Below, in pieces: positions 55,771 to 64,000 of a stretch of 64,000 nt of DNA. Numbering within the stretch: position 1 is the stretch's first letter; each line of letters begins with the position of its first letter. The stretch is taken from assembly GCF_006345805.1 (NCBI RefSeq), contig NC_043003.1, positions 110,484,001-110,548,000 of the forward strand. The letters run 5' to 3'. A program made the translations under genes and the position numbers. The DNA comes from Octopus sinensis (taxonomy: Eukaryota). Under the pieces are notes generated by a model. It was not told where the DNA came from. It did not search any database and was given only the letters and a program-made list of their open reading frames with translations.

Positions 55771-56839
55771 GTTAATCCAAACAAGAAAACACAAAAAAAC
55801 ACAGCAACGTGAGGACGTGGAACAAATAAAGTATTATTGGACGCTCAGGAAAGAAGATACATACACTCACATCTATGTACATATATGTAGATATATATGC
55901 AGGTATGTATTTATGTATGCATATATGTATGTTTATGTTATCTGTATAGGGACATAGTCGCATTATTAACTAGTAATATTTTGTGCAGTAAGATTGTACA
56001 GAATGAACCATATTTCATATCTATATAAAAAAAAGCAAGAGAATCTGGGGAAGTTCACTCTTTTAAATAATAGCACACATCACACACTACCCTTAGGAAT
56101 CGCTAGAGCAACTTTGTGATATTTTTCATCATAACATTATTATTCTTATCTATAAATACAATTAATTTCAACTAATTTATACATTCTACATCTGTCAGAT
56201 ATCATTAATCTCCTGTTTATCACTCGTGATTTTTCTGTTTACTATATACGGCATATGTTTTTTGTTCACCAGTCCACTTATTTCTTTGCCTTGCTTTCTT
56301 TCGCTTTCACCCATTCTCTGCTTTCTATCTCCATTGACCCCAGACTGTTGCTTTCCATAATCTACTCCGTTATTTATTACAGGTTACTCTTTATATTTTA
56401 CTTTCTTTCACTTTTCTCTTTACTGTCGCTACTTTCCAGTTCTCTCTCTTCATTTAATCTGCTCTTTCAGAGCTATTTTCATCTGGGAAAACCACGTCAA
56501 AATCTTTATATTCCACACCCACGGCAAAATATTTGTTATCATATCAATAGCTTTTATGTTAATGGAATTACTATATCTCTTCATATATCAATATAATTTC
56601 TTTTCAAGCAAAAGTCTTGTTCGGAACCCTAACCTCTAATTTACATAAAAGCCCATTAACATGCATAACTGTTGTTTGGATTTGCCACCTTTCTTGCAAC
56701 TCGTATGTAGCTAATGTTACGATGCAATTTATGTCACTCCCGTTTTATCTCTATAGGCACATATATATTTACATTAACATACACAGACATGCACGCTCAT
56801 ACGCACGCACGCACGCAAACGTATATACACAAGTATATA

Positions 56840-56941
<102 letters not shown>

Positions 56942-56954
56942 TACATATTTATAT

Positions 56955-57078
<124 letters not shown>

Positions 57079-59696
57079 ATATATAAATATGTATATATAA
57101 TGAGTCAAGACAACATAATATAAGTTTATTAAATTTGCATTATATATCGCTGCCCGAATATAACCTACGGACATCAACAAGAGTGCATGAAGCACCTGAA
57201 GAGAAATGTGAATGACTAGGTTTTTATCAGTTATATTGATCAGGGATCATAGTTTTCACCTCATAAAGAGCTAATGTTTCAAACCTTATATCGCATTTTA
57301 AGAAAACCAAAAGTTTATTAGAGACAGGAAATGATTCGTATAATGGTATAGGAGGGTTTTAACAGAAATAAGAAAAATAAATGAAATAACTATGATCATT
57401 ATGTTTTTGTTTAACGTGTGTGATAAAATGCAAAATGAGGTACATCTGCTGCTAATGCAAAAGTTTATCCATTAAATTTTTTATTAGTTATAACGTATGA
57501 AACATTATTTATACACATATAATCTGCTGGTGTTCAGAAAGCTAAGAACAGAAAGTCCAACAGGCGTTAACTAAGACAGCCTCGTAACATTATGTAGATA
57601 ACCTTATGAAAATAACATCTGACTTTGATTTTCATATAAAAAGTCCTTAACAGAGGCAATTAAAATATAAATATATGTGATTATATGTATTAGTAAATAT
57701 GAAACACACCAGATAAATTTGTTTCTTGTCGACTGAACTACAGGGATTTGATTAACAGTTGTAGTTTTACAAATATGGTGAATGAATTTGGTTATTAAAT
57801 ATATATTGTTTACAAATTCACTTAGGTGCATACGAATCTGTATGATAAAAACTTTGTTTTCCAAACATATGCTTTCTTCTTGGTTCAGCTCCATTTTGTG
57901 GGACCTTGGAAAAGTTTCCTCTACTATAACCTCGGGCTGACCAAAGACTTTCGAATCGATTTGGCTGAGAGAAACTGAGAAAAGGGCCGTCGTATATGTG
58001 TGAATGCGTGTGTGTCTTAAGTCTGTGTGTTTGTATGTCTCCCCAAACACCACCTGATAATCGGTGATGGTGTGTTTATATCCTCGTAATCTGGCAGTCT
58101 AGCAAAGGGAATCGAATATATTATTATATATATATATGAATAAGGCTATACAAATATATAGAAAGTAGCATATGCAAAGAGATAAAGGGTAAGGTCACGG
58201 CAACGTCTTTTACCGGAGAAAGAATTATGAATAGGTAAGATCAGATATATCTTGATCACTTTAGCAACAGCGGAAGAGATCAAAAGCGGGTGTTTTACTC
58301 CAGCGCAGGTAAACAGTGTTAAATCTTTTGACATAGTTTTCATCGAGAAAGTTTGAAGTAAAAAAAGGACTCTGTGTTTAGGAGAACGTGGTCAGACGTA
58401 AAGAAAAAGAGGGACGAAGGAAATGAATTGGAAAAGGAGAAACTGAACATAAGAGTAGAAAATAAGAATGTCAAAACTAAAAAAATACACACATACAAAC
58501 AGTCATAATTACATAGGCTATGATCAATAACAGTAAAGTTGAATGAGAGACTAAATAGTTTAAATAAATGGGGAAATAAAGGAATATAAATACTTATAGA
58601 ATTGAAACAAAAATATAAACAAAATTTATTAAAAAACATTTAAATATGAAGTATGTGCTAACCCGACAGATAAGGCGGAAATTAAATTTGAGTGACATTT
58701 ATGTATAATAACTAAAGACGTAGAAAGTTTAGTAGAAGAATTAATATAGCTTATTAAAAAAAACGGGAATGATTAATGATGCCAAGAATTATCAAAATTC
58801 GTTAAAACTCTTAATACGCTTCAGAAACTCTAGCAACATCTTCTTGAATAAGAATCTTATCAAAACTATTAATGAACTTGATAAAAATCGGAACAGTGAA
58901 CTATGACACATTCGAAATTTAACCCTTATGCATATTATATTAGAGATAATATATTTATCCGGAGCCTGGTGTAGATTAATAAACATCATGGAAAGCGTGT
59001 TCCGCGTCTTTCGGAAAATTTAGGATGTACAATAAATAGAATAATAAGCCTTTGCTGCCAAACCAAAGAACGGAAATTGAAGCTGCATCACAATCAAATA
59101 TTTCAACATAACGGAAGACACAAGGGAACAGCTAAATATCTAGTATCCTTTGGATTAAGAGATTTATAATCATGTTTCAAATTGTTCTATAATATTGAAC
59201 AACGTTGGGCAATTTGCACTGCAGACAGATAAACAAAAATAAACACATAATTGATTTTAAAACTTGTTTTTACTATATTGTTCTCATTTAGCCTACGTTT
59301 GGCCTTGATCATGAAGGTTTTGTTAGGAAGGACCTCTTCATTTCACCTTTTGCTACTTCTTTTCTTCCAAAACTACGCTATCTAATGGAACTTACTTCAT
59401 TTAGACAATGTAACATATTACTTTACCTTCCATCTGGCTGATATTGCTAGAATTCAACTGAGAAGAATTTTCTCCCCTGTTCGTGCCAACAAATAATAGT
59501 TTGATAGATGGTGTGTCTCATTTAATACTTATACACGCTTGATACCATTCCATTATATAGAGATGAAAATGAATTAGGTAAAAAATCTAAATATTGTTTT
59601 TTGTTTTATGTTTATACTATTGAGACTGGGTAAATTATACCAGAATTATATGATAACTAATGATAATCTGAGTTTGTATATGTAAATACTTATACA

Positions 59697-59867
59697 GGCG
59701 CAGGAGTGGCTGTGTAGTAAGTAGCTTGCTTACCAACCACATGGTTCCGGGTTCAGTCCCACTGCGTGGCATCTTGGGCAAGTGTCTTCTGCTATAGCCT
59801 CGGGCCGACCAATGCCTTGTGAGTGGATTTGGTAGACGGAAACTGAAAGAAGCCTGTCGTATATATG

Positions 59868-59902
<35 letters not shown>

Positions 59903-60125
59903 ATATGTTTGTGTGTCTGTGTTTGTCCCCCCCCCATCGCTTGACAACCGATGCTTGTGTGTTAACGTCCCTGTCACTTAGCGGTTCGGCAAATAGAGAC
60001 ACATAGAATAAGTACTGGGCTTACAAAGAATAAGTCCCGGGGTCGATTTGCCCGACTAAATGTGGTGCTCCAGCATGGCCGCAGTCAAATGACTGAAACA
60101 AGTAAAAGAGTAAGGAGTAAGCAAA
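59697..60125 (+). mobile_element. tRNA-derived SINE family B (CORE-like domain), full length
   Basis: tRNA-like head, CORE-like gcgtggcatcttgggcaagtgtcttc, internal (TA)/(TG) tract and tail gaaacaagtaaaagagtaa; resembles octopus OR-type SINEs from memory. Confidence 0.85.
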
Positions 60126-60779
60126 AAGTAAGTAACACGAATACATCAATTATATAGTTATTGGAATCTGCTTTTTGCTTGTCGCGTTTGTGAGTTCGTG
60201 AGCATCTAGTAAGAGAAGTGCCTCGATTCTTGTTCGTATTTAATTTAGTTTCTTACTTCATATTTTATCTCTAAACCATGAACACTTGTGGATTTGGAGG
60301 CTTTTACGCTAAACGTTTATAGAATGAGCATTCCCTGAAAGTCGGGCTAACGTAGACCTGTTTATAGAATTACATATCTTTATATATGTGTTATGTATAG
60401 AAATTATGTAAAGTAGCGAATGCATTTTCACTTTTAGTAAAATCACACTTCTTGCAACCCTGTAGAAATTAATTCTATTTTAAAGAGAAGTGTAAAATTA
60501 TTTTCTGTTTTGAAATAACGATGAAGTCAATCACTATATCCATGCGTGTGTATGTGTGTGTATGTGTGCCTATGTGTGCGTGTGTGTGTATGTGTGTATA
60601 CAATAGCTAAGGAAATGAGATGCGGTGTTTCATTTCGTTTCCCTTAGTGTTTTAATATCAGGGTAGATAATATCAGGGCTACATATGTTTCATAGAGAGC
60701 GGAACCTTGGAAGTGACAGATATACAAGCGGGATGGGATAAATAAACACGGAAAAAAATCATAAGCTAAAATATGTACA

Positions 60780-61330
60780 GTGATGGATATAAGATTATGA
60801 ATTAAAATATATATAGAGACCGAAGTTGGTTATGAGTTCTGTATTTTTTTATAAATAAAGTTTCTTTATTTAAATGTTCTTGTACATAAACTGTTTCATT
60901 GCACTGGTACATGGAGAAACTGAAATTTGGTTGGAGATGCCTAGCACATCGCTTTATATGTTCACTCAAAGGTACCTGTCCTTAATGTGAGAAACGGAGC
61001 TGTTCCTTATGTAGTGTTGTTCTCCGTCTAAGTGCCATACCTGTATGACTTACATAGTTATATCCACAACCTGAACAATTTATAAATTAAATTAAATTCT
61101 GAGATGCGTATGTGAAGTTAGTCTTAATTTTGAACATCTCTCTTTGCTTGAATTGAAATTCCGAGCCTTCCAGCATGTTGGAACCTGTTCCACACACTGG
61201 ACATCCACATTTCTTAACCATTGGTTTCGTAGTCATTTTGTTAAGCTTCGCATTTGTCAGGAGTCTTTTCAGCGATGTGGATTGTTTTTCGCCAAATCAA
61301 CGAAAATATTTGAAGAAGTTGCTCAATAGT
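60780..61330 (-). mobile_element. Penelope-like element 3' fragment (GIY-YIG endonuclease region)
   Basis: Diverged reverse complement of 61570-62100. Confidence 0.65.
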
Positions 61331-61569
61331 CTCTGATGGAAATACTCCGGGCCTCGTCTGCAAGATCTCAGAACAACAGTAATTGTAAGATTCCATCTTC
61401 TATATATGATGGAAATAAACGTGCCAAGAAATAGGCGTTAAAACACAAAGGAAAACGAAATGAAACACCACATCTCATCTCAAAGTACAACTGTATATAT
61501 CAACTCACATCCCTAGATACTGAGGCATAAAACAGTATTATACAAAATACTAGCTCACTAGTGATCCAA

Positions 61570-62100
61570 AAATGAAAAACATTCTGAAAACACATAAATT
61601 CATCAAATGTAAAAAGCAACCCAAATCGCCGAAAAGACTCCTTAAAAACGGGAGGCTTTACACTACAACCATGAATCCAACGGTAAAAAATGTGTACTTC
61701 CAGAGTGTGGAACATGACCAAACCGACTGGAAGGCTCGGAATTTCAATTCAAACCAGGAGAAAAGTTCATAATTAAGACCCGGCTTAACTTGTGCATCCC
61801 AGAATTTAATTTAAGTTATAACTTTTTCAGTTTCTGGACAGGCAAGTATGGCACTTTGACGAAGAACTACACTACATAATAAACAGCTCCGTTTCCCAAA
61901 ATATTGACAGATACTTTTGAGTGAACACATAAAGAGATGTGCAGCGAATCCGCAACCAAATTTGACTGTTTTCCCCATCTACTAGTACAAAGAAACTTAT
62001 AAATTTATTTATCGAAAAATACAGAATACCCTACATATGAACACATAACCACCTTTGGTCTCAGTGTATATTTTAATACATAATCACATATCCATCTCTG
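61570..62100 (+). mobile_element. Penelope-like element 3' fragment (GIY-YIG endonuclease region)
   Basis: Reads GQASMAL*RRTTLHNKQLRFPKY*QILLSEHIKRCAANPQPNLTVFP, fitting the GQT..L..R...H...I.......H...C pattern of PLE endonucleases. Confidence 0.7.
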
Positions 62101-62482
62101 TACCTATTTAACCTCACTGCATTAGCTTATAATTTTTTGTGTTTATTTATCCCACCCCGAAAATGAACAATTACCTCACCTGACCCGATTAATATCTATC
62201 ACCAATTACTTCCCTTAGATTTTTCTACTTATTGATTCATCCACATATTCTCATATAAGAACATGGAATGAAAGCTTCTTCAGGAAATACGAAAGTACAA
62301 TAACAGAATTGTCATGATTAGCGAAAGCGAAGCCGATCGACAATCACAATACACTTTCGGTTAGATTATATTAAAACTGTGAAACTGTGAGCATTTTCCT
62401 CGTATTATTTTATGCATATGTTCTGTGAATTACACCTCACGTTGGGATAATCGAAATTCTCTCTCTCCCTTCTCTTACTTAG

Positions 62483-62540
<58 letters not shown>

Positions 62541-63646
62541 TCTTCTCAGCTTTTACTTTAATATCGAAGGGTAGTACATATATTAATGTATGCGTAGGTA
62601 TATATATATATATTCTTCGTTTGCTCTTTAAGCCAGTTTTATCAATATTTACATTTATTTAATTTGTTCTGATGCTTTACTAAAAAGCGAATATGGCGGC
62701 ATTGCTCGAAGCTATATTTATTGCATATTTTGTCCCTAAGTAAAAACTTGTTATCTTCCTGTTTCAGAACTAGCTTTAAGATACATTCGCTTGCTTCTTG
62801 CAGTGAGGCAGAATGTTCCACGATTATAATGTTTAGTAAATTTTGAAATTGCATTATCCCACGATTTATTTATTTTGTCGGGAAGTATGTCTGATTTATG
62901 ATTACAGTTGAATGATATATATGATGTATAGCTGTCTTGTTTCGGATTGTGACATCAACGACGTTGGTCACAAGGATGTACAGCTAACAACATAAGACTT
63001 TATGTAATCACAGCCATGGTTAGCTAGATCACCTCCCAAATTTCGATTTTGGCGTTCATCTCAGTTTTCAGAATTGCTTTAGCTCTACGATTAGCATTCA
63101 TTGTTTAACCCTTTTTCTCATTAGTGGATGCTGACTTCTATCTCCTTCACATGCACCTAGATATTTATAACTGCACCGGGATCTAATTATTTTATTTCAC
63201 CGTAATTATCTTGTGCGATGTTGCATGTGTTTTGATAGATTTCCCTCGACAACTGCATTCTTGATGTATTTGCCAAACCGAAGTCCTTTTTTAAGTCATC
63301 TCGGAATTGTTTCACTATGTGATGGACCGCTTGCACTTATTGATCGTTTTTGCAAGAGTTAATGACTTGATACAACAGTGAATATGGACTTCTTCAGAAT
63401 TTTTAGTTGTAGTACCTGTGTTGAGAATTGATATCGTAGCTGCGTACGGTTTAATTCTTTTTGTTGTTGCTGATGTTATTGTGGCTGACAATATTGTTGT
63501 TGTTGTTGTTGTTATTATCAATTTACTTTTATCCTGCATGTTTGTTGCAGTCAATTGGCAAGACACACCAAGTGTAGCGAGTGAAGGATAAGAGATGTTA
63601 CAGTATGACTGAAAGCTTGGGGAGGTGAGATAGTGAAATATCTTCA

Positions 63647-63697
<51 letters not shown>

Positions 63698-63729
63698 GAT
63701 TATTATTATTATTATTGTTATTATTATTA

Positions 63730-64000
63730 CTTCGTAACGCAGTGTAGGTAAAAGTGCGCCGGAGTCTTTAGTAATCTGTCGAGTCACAAGGACACCAGAC
63801 AGATAATAATTCCCTTAAGATGTGCGCTGTGTCCAATACGACTGCTTTTTGCAAGATATCAATCTTGCATGGGATTTCCAGTTGCCTTAAGAAATCTTGA
63901 AGCTTCAATGCGATTGAGCTGAACGCTCAAATCACCACCGGTTTCACTTTTACATTATCCTTTTGCATTCCATACACATTATCGTAGTGGGGCTTGTATT
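63730..64000 (-). mobile_element. R4/Dong-clade LINE 3' end next to an (ATT)n tract
   Basis: Minus strand reads ...PCKIDILQKAVVLDTAHILR..., homologous to the 7667 ORF end; (ATT)n at about 63647-63730. Confidence 0.7.

Noticed and set aside
58330-59100. A-rich decayed coding-like stretches (also 46440-46745 and 48350-48660)
   Set aside because: No identifiable motifs; cannot be assigned.

Overview
Very AT-rich, microsatellite- and transposon-dense animal DNA. The SINE families look like those of an octopod cephalopod (inference from recalled sequences, no search run). The window is essentially intronic. Only two convincing host exons were found, both on the minus strand (37808-37978 and 20895-21033). 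They join in frame across a 16,774-bp intron and encode the proximal C-terminal tail and coiled coil of a probable GABA-B receptor subunit 2. The rest is SINEs (three families), CR1, R4/Dong-type and degraded LINEs, Tc1/mariner elements, Penelope-like (GIY-YIG) remnants and simple repeats. The standout feature is a young, non-coding 362-bp tandem-plus-inverted repeat at 35304-36434. It carries three identical minimal type I hammerhead ribozymes with a compensated U3-A8 core and a palindromic stem III. That architecture would release a 362-nt monomer able to circularise (retrozyme-like). Further hammerhead-like motifs occur at 55613, 37092, 36542-36900 and 14642. Several perfect or near-perfect fold-back structures (15267, 28147, 35304, 55494, 60780) would form long dsRNA in the host pre-mRNA.
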